A stretch of 63,736 nt of DNA, counting the filler, from an uncultured Methanosarcinales archaeon (GTDB lineage Archaea; Nanobdellota; Nanobdellia; Woesearchaeales; CAZXZL01), in NCBI GenBank assembly GCA_964645415.1. It is 4 parts of 4 records of this genome, joined end to end, with 100 filler letters (N's around TTAATTAATTAA, not from the genome) between each part and the next. Parts side by side here need not be neighbours in the genome. Positions count along the whole stretch, not along the records: positions 1 to 18,917 come from CAZXZL010000017.1; positions 19,018 to 36,997 come from CAZXZL010000019.1; 2 more parts are not named here. One strand, given 5' to 3'. The notes under the pieces are model-generated. The model saw only the letters and a list, made by a program, of their open reading frames with translations, searched no databases and was not told where the DNA came from. Position numbers and translations under genes: made by a program. The first letter of the stretch is position 1. Each line of letters begins with the position of its first letter. This document shows positions 9,570 to 22,264 of the stretch, one piece after another.

Positions 9570-11549
9570 ATGAAACAACATTCCTCTGTGAAAAATTTCA
9601 AACTGATTCTTTTTTTTATATCTATTTTATTATTTTCATTAACATTTTCTCAACCGATTTTTTCTTTTAACTTTGAAAGATTTATGAACACTGAAATTTC
9701 TGAATTATATAGTTTTATTGATAGAACAGTTTTAGATGATGAATTAGGTTTTTTTGAAGTTGAAACAAGAAATAGTGAAGGTGAACTAACTTCAATTAAT
9801 ATTTATATGGTTGGTGGAGATCTTGAACTCTCACGTAGAAGAAGGCTAAAAGAAGAAAGATTAAACCTAATTAGAGATGAAACTTCCTCAAAAAATGAGA
9901 TAAAAGAAGTATATGATCAAGTATCAGATGGAATAATAAGACGGACAGATGATGATAAACTAATAAAAGATAAAAGTCTTTCTTTTTGTCCAGACAAAGA
10001 TCAATCTTATTTAGATTATAAAGATTATTTATTACGTTATTATGTTGATGTTGATTCTAATTGTGATGGAAATTTTATTGTTAAATTTGAAGATGATGTT
10101 GATATTGATGAAAACTATTATTCTTCAAATATTACTTTAAAAATATCTAATGACACAAGGAAAAATGATTTAAAAGATAAATTTTTAGAAATTCATTCTA
10201 ATTCTATTTATATTCCTGAAAATTCACATGATGATTTAGGTATAGAAAGTAGTGATTCAACATTTAATAATAGATTAATTAAAGAATATAATTATGATCG
10301 TTATTTTAATGAAGAAATAAATCTTTTATTTGATTATTCTACTTTTAGAGAAGATAAAAATTTAGGTGATACCTTTTTTGGAACAATTATTTTTCCTGAT
10401 AATAATGATGAAGAATTTATAGGTGTTTATAAAGATGATTTAAGAGATGTTTCTGCAGTTTCTTATCATAATTCTTTTTATTATGAAATAAATGATTTAA
10501 TTGAATTTTCAGAATATGAATCTGATCAAGATGATGTTAAAGTTTATACTATTAATAGATTATTTATAGATGCATATGGAGGTGAAATTGATTCTTCTTT
10601 TTCATATTTACCACAATATGTTATTTCTCAAGATGGTTCTTCAGAACTAATTGGATCTTTTGATATTTATGGAACTGTTGATGGTGATTATAATGATTTT
10701 GTAGATTTTTATCGTGATTTTTATCTAGATTATCCCAGTAGTAGAGTCTCTTCGACTTTAAATAATATGAAGAATCTTGAAGAAAATATCGAATCCTTAG
10801 AAGTTCCAATTATCTATGAAGGCGTTCTTGGTTCAATGAATATAAACGAAATATGTAACGATCCATCTTTTAACTTACCTCATAGATGTGAAGTAAGTTC
10901 TAGTTTTTCATTACTTGATTTTATTTATGATTTAGCAATTGAAGAAGAAATTTGTCCTAATTTAATTATTTCAATTATTGTTACTGAAAGTAGCGGTGAT
11001 TGGAAAGCTAATGAAAGATTATTAGGTGGACAAGGGTCTATAGGGATGATGCAAATTTCAGATGTTTATGGTGATGATATAGGATTATATGGGAATAATT
11101 ACGACTTGAGACTTCATCCTACTTTAAATATTATCCATGGTGTTTCATATATATCAAATAGAGTTTCTAACTTAAATAATTTAAATGAAGAAATAAATTT
11201 AGAACATAAATCAGATTATTTTTTTGGTGCAATGGGTTATAATTTAGGGCCTAGTTTAGTTGGAAATTGTGCTTCAAAATTTTATGGTAATTTAGAAGAG
11301 AAGTATTCTTGTATAATTAAAAATGCTTATAATTATTATGATCTAAATAATAATATGCCTAATGAAATGATTTCAAATAATAATGAATTAAATACTATTA
11401 TAGACCAATTTGATTCCTCTTCAAGTAAAGTATATGAAGGTGGATCTTTTGGTTTTAAAGTAATTTCAACATATGATTATATCTCTTATCATATAGGTGA
11501 GTTTCCTGAAAGAGATACTTTTAATGAACTATATTCGGTGTTAATATGA
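9570..11549 (+). CDS. Secreted acidic protein with C-terminal lytic transglycosylase (SLT-like) domain
   Basis: Signal peptide; motif I IIVTESS (catalytic Glu), motif II GMMQI, NIIHGVSYI, motif III GYNLG. Confidence 0.8.
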   Translation: MKQHSSVKNFKLILFFISILLFSLTFSQPIFSFNFERFMNTEISELYSFIDRTVLDDELGFFEVETRNSEGELTSINIYMVGGDLELSRRRRLKEERLNLIRDETSSKNEIKEVYDQVSDGIIRRTDDDKLIKDKSLSFCPDKDQSYLDYKDYLLRYYVDVDSNCDGNFIVKFEDDVDIDENYYSSNITLKISNDTRKNDLKDKFLEIHSNSIYIPENSHDDLGIESSDSTFNNRLIKEYNYDRYFNEEINLLFDYSTFREDKNLGDTFFGTIIFPDNNDEEFIGVYKDDLRDVSAVSYHNSFYYEINDLIEFSEYESDQDDVKVYTINRLFIDAYGGEIDSSFSYLPQYVISQDGSSELIGSFDIYGTVDGDYNDFVDFYRDFYLDYPSSRVSSTLNNMKNLEENIESLEVPIIYEGVLGSMNINEICNDPSFNLPHRCEVSSSFSLLDFIYDLAIEEEICPNLIISIIVTESSGDWKANERLLGGQGSIGMMQISDVYGDDIGLYGNNYDLRLHPTLNIIHGVSYISNRVSNLNNLNEEINLEHKSDYFFGAMGYNLGPSLVGNCASKFYGNLEEKYSCIIKNAYNYYDLNNNMPNEMISNNNELNTIIDQFDSSSSKVYEGGSFGFKVISTYDYISYHIGEFPERDTFNELYSVLI

Positions 11550-11932
11550 TTAATAATAAATCACAAATCTCCCCAATAATAATAGTAATTGCAGCTTTAT
11601 CTTTAATAGTGCTTTTTGTTATGATAAATATATTTTCATCACATTTTTTTGAAACTATTGGTGCTGCAGATGATATTGTAGCAAGTAGAAGATTTTGTGA
11701 ATGTATTGCTAGAGATGAATTCTTACATTTATTTTGTGATGATTCAGATTTTTCTTTTCTAAACGATTTTTCATCAAGTGAAGAAGAGATATTACAATCA
11801 AAAATTGAATCATGTAGGCATATGATTGGTGATGAAATAAATTGTGGAGATGAATTTGATATCGGTTCTGAAGTTAATTTAATTGCAACTTTTATTAAAA
11901 TACCTGATTCTTGTTTAGAACATACTGAATAA
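11546..11932 (+). CDS. Putative type IV pilin-like protein (class III signal peptide)
   Basis: MINNKS-QISPIIIVIAALSLIVLFVMI: short basic leader, K-S-Q cleavage-like site, hydrophobic helix, Cys-rich C-terminus; ATGA overlap with the upstream gene. Confidence 0.6.
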   Translation: MINNKSQISPIIIVIAALSLIVLFVMINIFSSHFFETIGAADDIVASRRFCECIARDEFLHLFCDDSDFSFLNDFSSSEEEILQSKIESCRHMIGDEINCGDEFDIGSEVNLIATFIKIPDSCLEHTE

Positions 11933-11943
11933 ATTAAATAAGA

Positions 11944-12744
11944 TTAAATTTTATTTTTATCAGAATTATTAAAATTTGGATGAAGACTTATTTCAATATC
12001 TTCAAAATGATTTTCTTGTTTTAATTTTACTTTTTCTCTTGTAGAAAGAAAAACTAAAGGCATAAAAGTCATTATTTTATCTTCTTTAGTTGTATTATTT
12101 GAAATTAGATCTGAAAAGAATATTTTTTTCCTTTTTAATTCATTAAACATATCAGTTACTTTTGAAAATACATTTTCCATCATTCTATTAATATCTCTTG
12201 CTTTATCTTTTAATCTTCTCTTCTCTTTTTTCTTCTCTTCTTCTATCTCTTCCATCTCTAATCTCCTTACAGTTTTTTTCTCATATACTTTAAGAGCTTT
12301 TTCAAGTCCATCAACCAAATCATAAATACTTACTTTTCTTTCTCTTGGTTGAGGAGTTTTCATTTTTATATCTGGTGGACTATCATCTTCGATTCTTGAT
12401 GCATGATCTACATCAAAAAAATCATTAATAAATCCATCATCAAATTGATTAATAGCCATTTCATTATCTTCGGCTTGTGTAAATAATTGATCTAATTCAT
12501 TTAAGTCATCGTCATAAAAACTTTCTGTTTTTAATTTTAGAAGAATTGATGCTGCAAGAACTACCTTTCCTGACAGTCTAAAATCTAAATTTTCTAATGC
12601 TTTAATGGTTTCAATAAATCTTTTTGTAACAAGAGAAACATTAATATCCCATGGATCCATCTGTTCACTTCTTACAAGTTGGTAAAGTAAATCTTGCCAT
12701 GTGAATTCATCTCGATCAAAAATAATACTCATTACTTCTTCCAT
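11944..12744 (-). CDS. scpA: Segregation and condensation protein A (kleisin)
   Basis: MDPWDINV, SGKVVLAASILLKLK, C-terminal FMPLVFL...LKQENHFEDI winged helix. Confidence 0.88.
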   Translation of the reverse strand: MEEVMSIIFDRDEFTWQDLLYQLVRSEQMDPWDINVSLVTKRFIETIKALENLDFRLSGKVVLAASILLKLKTESFYDDDLNELDQLFTQAEDNEMAINQFDDGFINDFFDVDHASRIEDDSPPDIKMKTPQPRERKVSIYDLVDGLEKALKVYEKKTVRRLEMEEIEEEKKKEKRRLKDKARDINRMMENVFSKVTDMFNELKRKKIFFSDLISNNTTKEDKIMTFMPLVFLSTREKVKLKQENHFEDIEISLHPNFNNSDKNKI

Positions 12745-12839
12745 ACAATATGAGCTTATTCAAAGTATTTAATGTTTTTCATTTTTTAACTAGATTTTTA
12801 AACAATTTGAATAAAAAATTTAATCTTCTTTAGAAATAA

Positions 12840-15047
12840 TTAATCTTTTTTTTCTTTTTTTTCATAACTTGAATGATAATCTTTAAAGAAATCTGTGTTA
12901 AATACTTTTTGAAGTCTTTTTGTTCTTTTTTTACCAATCAAATCTACCATTTCTAAGTCTTTTTCAGTAGAATTTACTAAATTTTTAATAGTCCTAAACT
13001 TTTTTAATAGAGGTATTGCAAGAGTAGGGCCTATACCTGGTAATGATGAAACTACATATCTAATTTCACTAAATAAGTTACCTGTTTCTTTTTCATTATG
13101 AGGCATAAATTCTTTTCCTAATTTTTTTTGTTCTCTTTTTGCAATCATATAAAGATATCCTGATGTATCTACACTATTTTTTGTATAAATAATTGGTATT
13201 CCAAAATCGATAGTAATTGTTGATATTAATCCTCTTATTGCATTTTGATGTACTTTTCTTATTGAGTATATATCTTCATTACCCTCAACAATAATAATTG
13301 GTTTTTCATAAGAAGTCATTCCTTTGAGTTGTTTTAAAAGTCTTCCATCAACTAAGGAATTAATAAAATCTTCTTTAGTTTTATATTCAACAATACATCT
13401 TTCACTAAGCTGGTAATCTCCTATATCCATCTGTGTTCTATTTATATTTACTTTTCTCTTTTTTAAACTTCTAAGTATTGATGAATTTTTCTCTCTAGAA
13501 TCAACATTTATAACTACTTCTTCAGAATTTTTATTTGTATTAAATTCATCTAATGTTTTATGATTTTTCTTTTTATTTTCAACAACTATATCTTCTTTAA
13601 GTTCTTTTAATATTTTATACATTCTTTTTTCTTTATGATAAGAACTCCACCTATATGCTTCATCTCTTGTTCCTTTTGTTACTAAAACGATTATTTTACC
13701 CTTTTCATGTCTTGCTGTTCTTCCTTTCCTTTGAATTGCTCTTATTCCTGATGGAACTGGTTCATAGAAAATAACTAATCCAACAGATGGAATATCAAGT
13801 CCTTCTTCTCCAACAGAAGTACTTATTAAAACATCAATCTCATCATTTCGAAATCTTTCAATTATCTCTTTTTGTTCTTTTTGTTTTAAACCTTTTCCTC
13901 TTTTTTTACTCTGTCCAATAAAAACAGTACATTTTAGTTTATCTCCAATTAGCTCTTTAATTCTATACGCTGAATCTCTATATTGTGTAAATATTATTAT
14001 CTTTTTATTAGTATTTTTTTCTACTATTTCCTTAACTTTATCATATTTTGGATGATTAATGTTAGTTTCTAATAATTTATTCATAACTTTATAACTTTCA
14101 ATTATATCTTGATCTTTAAAAATTTCTTTTGCAGCCTTTGTAGTATCATCAAATTTTAATTTATTCATAAAGTCTTCAAATTGGTCAAGGCCTTGAGTTT
14201 CAAGTAAATTTTGTGCATGCTCAATTTTCATTGCCTGTGCAATTATAGAAATTAATTTAAAGTAATCTTTTGATTCACCTTGAGATATTAATGCTCTTAC
14301 CTTTTTTTGAGCATTTAATAAGTTCCTTTTAGTTATATTAAATCTTTTAAAACCATCAAATTTTGATATTTCTTTTTCCTTTGTTTTTAAGAATTTTTTT
14401 AAGTTTTTTTGTATTTTTTTAAATCCTTTTGGAAGTTTTACTTCTTTATACTTTAATTCTCTTTGATGTAAATATTTTTTAACTTCAGGATGTTTTTTTG
14501 TTCTATATTCTATCTGTTCTATACCTAAGTTTTCAATAATATCAATTACTTTTTCTCTTTTACTACCTGGTGAAGCTGTAAGAGCTAAAACTCTTGGATA
14601 GTTTGCTTCTTTAAGATATTCTTTAGCTAAAAAAGTATATGAATATTTTCCTTTAGCACGATGAGCTTCATCAAATACAATAAGGGAAGTTTTTTTGAAG
14701 TTATATTCTCCATTAATGATATCATTTTCTATCGTCTGAGGAGTAGCACAAATAATATCTGAATCATCCCAAATTTCTTTTCTTTTTTCTTTCTTTATTG
14801 ATCCAGTTAATATACTTGCTTTTCCAATGCTTGAAAATGTTTTTAAGTGTTGTTCAACTAAAGGTTTTGTTGGAGCAAGTATAAGTGCTTTTGTACCTTT
14901 ATATTGGTTTAAACGATATTTAGCTAAGAGGTATGCAATAAATGTTTTTCCAAGTCCAGTAGGTAGAACAACTAAAGTATTTTTTCTAATTGTTTTAAGA
15001 AATATATTTTGTTGATACTCCCTTGCTTTCATTTCTTTTTCATTCAT
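12840..15047 (-). CDS. hef: Hef DEAH helicase / ERCC4 nuclease (FANCM/XPF-like)
   Basis: LPTGLGKT, DEAH, TAS, EEGLDIP, QRKGRTAR; C-terminal VDSRE, GDY, VEYK and HhH (LPGIG) motifs. Confidence 0.93.
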   Translation of the reverse strand: MNEKEMKAREYQQNIFLKTIRKNTLVVLPTGLGKTFIAYLLAKYRLNQYKGTKALILAPTKPLVEQHLKTFSSIGKASILTGSIKKEKRKEIWDDSDIICATPQTIENDIINGEYNFKKTSLIVFDEAHRAKGKYSYTFLAKEYLKEANYPRVLALTASPGSKREKVIDIIENLGIEQIEYRTKKHPEVKKYLHQRELKYKEVKLPKGFKKIQKNLKKFLKTKEKEISKFDGFKRFNITKRNLLNAQKKVRALISQGESKDYFKLISIIAQAMKIEHAQNLLETQGLDQFEDFMNKLKFDDTTKAAKEIFKDQDIIESYKVMNKLLETNINHPKYDKVKEIVEKNTNKKIIIFTQYRDSAYRIKELIGDKLKCTVFIGQSKKRGKGLKQKEQKEIIERFRNDEIDVLISTSVGEEGLDIPSVGLVIFYEPVPSGIRAIQRKGRTARHEKGKIIVLVTKGTRDEAYRWSSYHKEKRMYKILKELKEDIVVENKKKNHKTLDEFNTNKNSEEVVINVDSREKNSSILRSLKKRKVNINRTQMDIGDYQLSERCIVEYKTKEDFINSLVDGRLLKQLKGMTSYEKPIIIVEGNEDIYSIRKVHQNAIRGLISTITIDFGIPIIYTKNSVDTSGYLYMIAKREQKKLGKEFMPHNEKETGNLFSEIRYVVSSLPGIGPTLAIPLLKKFRTIKNLVNSTEKDLEMVDLIGKKRTKRLQKVFNTDFFKDYHSSYEKKEKKD

Positions 15048-15993
15048 TTTTCATTTTATAATCTAAAATAATCCAATGTAATGCTTTAGATAATTTTTCA
15101 GGATCATGTCTTAAAATATTATCTTCATTTAATATATCATATTTTATAATACGTTTATCATTATTTCCTTTTACCATCTCTTTCTTTTCTTCATTTTTAT
15201 ATCTCTTTAAAATTTCTTCTTTTGGTATTTTATTATTCATTAAAATTTTATCAATTTTAATATGTTTTTCAATTTTATCAACATAATCTTTTAGTTTATA
15301 ATCAATTGTTTCAAGTCCATTCATTATATTAGAGATGTATATAACTTTAGCATTTGATTTATTAATTGCTTTCGAAATATCTTTAATTAATAAGTTTACA
15401 AGAATACTTGTATATAGAGATCCTGGTCCAACAAATATATAATCACTTTCTAAAATTTTTTGAATTGCTTTTGGATTAGCTTTAATCCTTTTACTTCCAT
15501 TTTCATTTTTTAAAAATAATGATCTAACTTTCTCGTTATTTTCAAATTTATATTTTGTAAATTTTTCTTCTCCTGAAATAACTTTATTTTTGAATTTTCC
15601 ATTAAACTTAGTTTTTTCGTATGTAACTGGAACAACTTCATGTCTATTTATATTTAGTATTTTATGAGCTTCTTTTAAACCTTTTTCAAAACTACCTTCC
15701 ATACCATTTAATGCTGTAAGAATTAAGTTCCCTAAACTATGTCTTTCTAATTTTTCATCAAATCGGTAATTAAATAATTTTGTCCAAGTTTTAACATCAT
15801 CTGATAATGCTACTAGACAATTTCTTATATCTCCTGGTGGTAAAATCCCATATAATGTTCTCAATTTACCAGTACTCCCACCATCATCTGAAACACTAAC
15901 AACTGAAGAAATATTTAATTCTTCAATTTTATTTAATGCAAGAAGTAAATGAAAACTTCCAGTTCCACCACCAATTGTTGTTACATTAGTCAT
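15040..15993 (-). CDS. YvcK/CofD-related (UPF0052) protein
   Basis: IGGGTG, DDGGSTGKLR, PPGDIRNCL, HSLGNL, GPGSLYTSI and RHDPEKL motifs. Confidence 0.9.
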   Translation of the reverse strand: MTNVTTIGGGTGSFHLLLALNKIEELNISSVVSVSDDGGSTGKLRTLYGILPPGDIRNCLVALSDDVKTWTKLFNYRFDEKLERHSLGNLILTALNGMEGSFEKGLKEAHKILNINRHEVVPVTYEKTKFNGKFKNKVISGEEKFTKYKFENNEKVRSLFLKNENGSKRIKANPKAIQKILESDYIFVGPGSLYTSILVNLLIKDISKAINKSNAKVIYISNIMNGLETIDYKLKDYVDKIEKHIKIDKILMNNKIPKEEILKRYKNEEKKEMVKGNNDKRIIKYDILNEDNILRHDPEKLSKALHWIILDYKMKNE

Positions 15994-16047
15994 ATATTTG
16001 TGAGAATTGTATCTTTTTTAAAGTTTATCTTGATTTTTTTGAATTTT

Positions 16048-17049
16048 TTATATATTTATCAAAGGATATATTTCTCTTTTTTCAAACCAATCTTCATAGA
16101 ATATCTCTTTTAATTCTTCTTTAAATTCTTCATTTGCATTTAATCCTTTAAGTGATCTAAATAGATCTTGGTAATGTCTTAAATATCTATAATATCTTGT
16201 ATTAGAATAACTTTCTGATACATTTAATTTATTTTCTTGTAAATGGATTTGTTCTGATACTGCAAGTAATTCTGTAATCTCTTTTCTAATATTTTGTTTT
16301 ATAAACCTTTTTTTATAACTAATATTGTCTGAATAATTTTGATTATCATAAAGATCCCTCCATTTTAAATCACTACTTGCATTAATATAATCTTTGTTAT
16401 CATCAATTATTTTTTTTCTATTTAAAGCTCTAACATGATTGTACTCATGAAATATAACACTCATAAAATCATCCTCTTTTTCTAAATTAAATGCTTGACT
16501 ATGTACGGTCATATCCATTTTAATTTCTTTTTCTCCTTTATCTTCTGGATTAACAGTAAAATAATTTACTTGCATAATAGCTCTATTATGTTTTTTACCA
16601 GAATAATTTGCTGTTCTTAATTGTCTTGGAGTATCTACTTCTTTTTCATAATGTAATTTTTTTATTACTGATTCTAAATATAATTGTCTTATTTTTGGAT
16701 TATTTATTTCTTTTACAAGTTCATAATCAATTTCTTCTCTAATGTTTAGAAGATTACTATTTTTTATAGTTAATTCTAAGTTATTATAATTTTTAATGGT
16801 ATTATTTTTATTATCTTCTTTACTCATTATTCCTTCTGATTTTTGTATTTCATAATTAATTAGTTTTTCTAATTGTGATTCAGAATTAAATATGTTCTTT
16901 ATGTTATTAATACTTGGTGAAATTAAAGTTAACCCTAAACTAATTGCTCCAACTGTAATGAATTTAAACAATTTAGAATTTCTAAATCGAGACATAAATG
17001 AATCTTTATTATCATATTCATAAATTTTATATCTCGGTTCATCAATCAT
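16048..17049 (-). CDS. Hypothetical membrane-anchored protein with HExxH motif (possible zinc peptidase)
   Basis: N-terminal TM segment; SVIFHEYNH with downstream TELLA. Confidence 0.55.
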   Translation of the reverse strand: MIDEPRYKIYEYDNKDSFMSRFRNSKLFKFITVGAISLGLTLISPSINNIKNIFNSESQLEKLINYEIQKSEGIMSKEDNKNNTIKNYNNLELTIKNSNLLNIREEIDYELVKEINNPKIRQLYLESVIKKLHYEKEVDTPRQLRTANYSGKKHNRAIMQVNYFTVNPEDKGEKEIKMDMTVHSQAFNLEKEDDFMSVIFHEYNHVRALNRKKIIDDNKDYINASSDLKWRDLYDNQNYSDNISYKKRFIKQNIRKEITELLAVSEQIHLQENKLNVSESYSNTRYYRYLRHYQDLFRSLKGLNANEEFKEELKEIFYEDWFEKREIYPLINI

Positions 17050-17096
17050 TTTACTTCTATAAAGTAATAACTAAATTAATACTATTTATATTTTAT

Positions 17097-18719
17097 CTAA
17101 ATTGGGAAGTTAAATGTTAAGTATAAAAAAGCAATATATATTACAATAATTGCAACAGGGAAAAAATGAAACATATAATTTAATGAGGCAATTACTTTAT
17201 GCCAATCATCTTTTAATACTTTAACATCTTCAAGAATTTCTTCCATAAAACTTATTTTTCCTTTAGATAGTTTTTTCTCTGTTTTAATAATTGATGAATC
17301 AATAACTTCTAAGTTTATGTTTTTCTCCTTGATTATAAAATCAGAAACATTGTGAGCATCAGTTGTTAAAAAAATCATCTCATCATAAGTTTTTTCATTT
17401 CTATATTTATAGAGTTTTTTAGTTAGTTCTTCTGAAATTCCATTTGAATCTAAAGTAATATATAGATATTTTTTACCATCAATTTCTTGATTGATAATTG
17501 AGAAGTCTAACTTATCTGAAACATATGTACTTATTTTAAATTCATATAATTTTTCTTGATCTAATCTTTCTTTTAATTTAATAATAGATTTCTTTAATCT
17601 TATTGCTTCTCTCTCGCCATAAACAATATTAGGATCAACATCACTAAATGGAGCATGATTATGAGTATCTACAAAAACAACTTTTTCATTTAATATATTT
17701 CTAATTTCTCTAAATATTGTGCTATCATAATCATCTTTTTTTCTTCCTTCTAATATAAATAAATAAAAGTTATTGAACTTTTGCCCATAAATTGTAAATT
17801 TTCCACTAGTTGTATTTAATATCTTAGATGACTTTTTATTAACTTTATATTTACCTTCTTTTTTGAAAACTCTTTCATTAATCTCAGGATTAACAGGATC
17901 ATCTTCATGAGAAGATGGGAAATGCCAAAAGAATCCTTTTTTATTTTTATTTAACATATTAATAACTTCTGTACTCATTGAACCACCACCAAAACCTTTA
18001 ATAGGTCCTGGATGAAGCCATGGTATAACTATTTTGAAATTTTCTTTTTTATTTTGAAATTTTATTTTTTGAATAGGTGTATCAATCTTTGTTCCACAAT
18101 AAACCGTTGCTATATCATCATTAATAAAAGATGAGATCATTTTAACAGCAGAGATATCTGGAATATTAAGATGAAAGAAGTATTCTGTAATATATATTGA
18201 TCCCATTAAAGCAATACCTAAACCAATAATATATAGAATAAAGACATAAGAAATATTGAAAACCACAAATCTATTTAAAATATTAATAACTGGTATAAAA
18301 TAAATTAAAGGAATTAAAATAGGCATGATTCCTTTTTTTCCTTCTGTTCCAGTTATTGCAAATATGTTTATTGAATATAAGATCCCTAGAATTGATGCTA
18401 CAAGTCTATTTGTTCCAAGTGAAATGACAATTGATGCAAAGACAAGTAATTGATTAATTAAACCCAATAAAAAAGATCTATCAAGATTAAACCTTTTTAA
18501 TATTATGTTTGTAATAAAAGAATATATTACTGTTGGTAATAAGAAAAGAAAAATAGCATAAATAAAAGTATCAGTTCTTGGATTAATAATTAATGGAAAT
18601 CTATCAAAGAATCCTGATAAAAAACCAAAAATTAATGAAAAAATAGTTATTAGTGCTAATGATAATTTATAATCTGGTGATTTAAATAAAATCTTTTGAA
18701 ATTTTTTTAATTGATCCAT
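17097..18719 (-). CDS. DUF2070-family membrane protein
   Basis: Multiple N-terminal TMs; HPGP, SSHEDDP, DTHN, DSN and TTDAH motifs; C-terminal TM. Confidence 0.8.
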   Translation of the reverse strand: MDQLKKFQKILFKSPDYKLSLALITIFSLIFGFLSGFFDRFPLIINPRTDTFIYAIFLFLLPTVIYSFITNIILKRFNLDRSFLLGLINQLLVFASIVISLGTNRLVASILGILYSINIFAITGTEGKKGIMPILIPLIYFIPVINILNRFVVFNISYVFILYIIGLGIALMGSIYITEYFFHLNIPDISAVKMISSFINDDIATVYCGTKIDTPIQKIKFQNKKENFKIVIPWLHPGPIKGFGGGSMSTEVINMLNKNKKGFFWHFPSSHEDDPVNPEINERVFKKEGKYKVNKKSSKILNTTSGKFTIYGQKFNNFYLFILEGRKKDDYDSTIFREIRNILNEKVVFVDTHNHAPFSDVDPNIVYGEREAIRLKKSIIKLKERLDQEKLYEFKISTYVSDKLDFSIINQEIDGKKYLYITLDSNGISEELTKKLYKYRNEKTYDEMIFLTTDAHNVSDFIIKEKNINLEVIDSSIIKTEKKLSKGKISFMEEILEDVKVLKDDWHKVIASLNYMFHFFPVAIIVIYIAFLYLTFNFPI

Positions 18720-18917
18720 CTTAACTATTATATTATAGATTATTATATAAAATTGTTTTTTTTTTTTTTAGATTAAAACTGTTATTAAGTTTTTATTTTT
18801 TTTAGTAAAGTATCTACTTTTTATCTTCTTCGTTTTTTGTCTTCTTCGAAATATGAACAATTTCATTCTTCTTCGAAACTTAGAAAAAAAACTTTGTTTT
18901 TTTCAAGGTGAGAAATC

Positions 18918-19017
18918 NNNNNNNNNNNNNNNNNNNNNNNNNNNNNNNNNNNNNNNNNNNNTTAATTAATTAANNNNNNNNNNNNNNNNNNNNNNNNNNN
19001 NNNNNNNNNNNNNNNNN
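18918..19017. other. Assembly linker gap
   Basis: N-run with central TTAATTAATTAA (stop codons in all six frames). Confidence 0.95.
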
Positions 19018-19126
19018 TTTGATAAAAATTGGGAACAAAATTTAAACCTTTTAACATTTTTTTATCAGTTTAGATAAAATTTATATAAAGATTTAAAAAT
19101 TAATAGATTATTTAATAATAAGTAAT

Positions 19127-22250
<3,124 letters not shown>

Positions 22251-22264
<14 letters not shown>

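Noticed and set aside
18962..18973. TTAATTAATTAA palindrome inside N-runs (also in the gaps at 37.0 and 54.7 kb)
   Set aside because: Identical and centred in 100-nt N-runs; a standard artificial contig linker with stops in all six frames.
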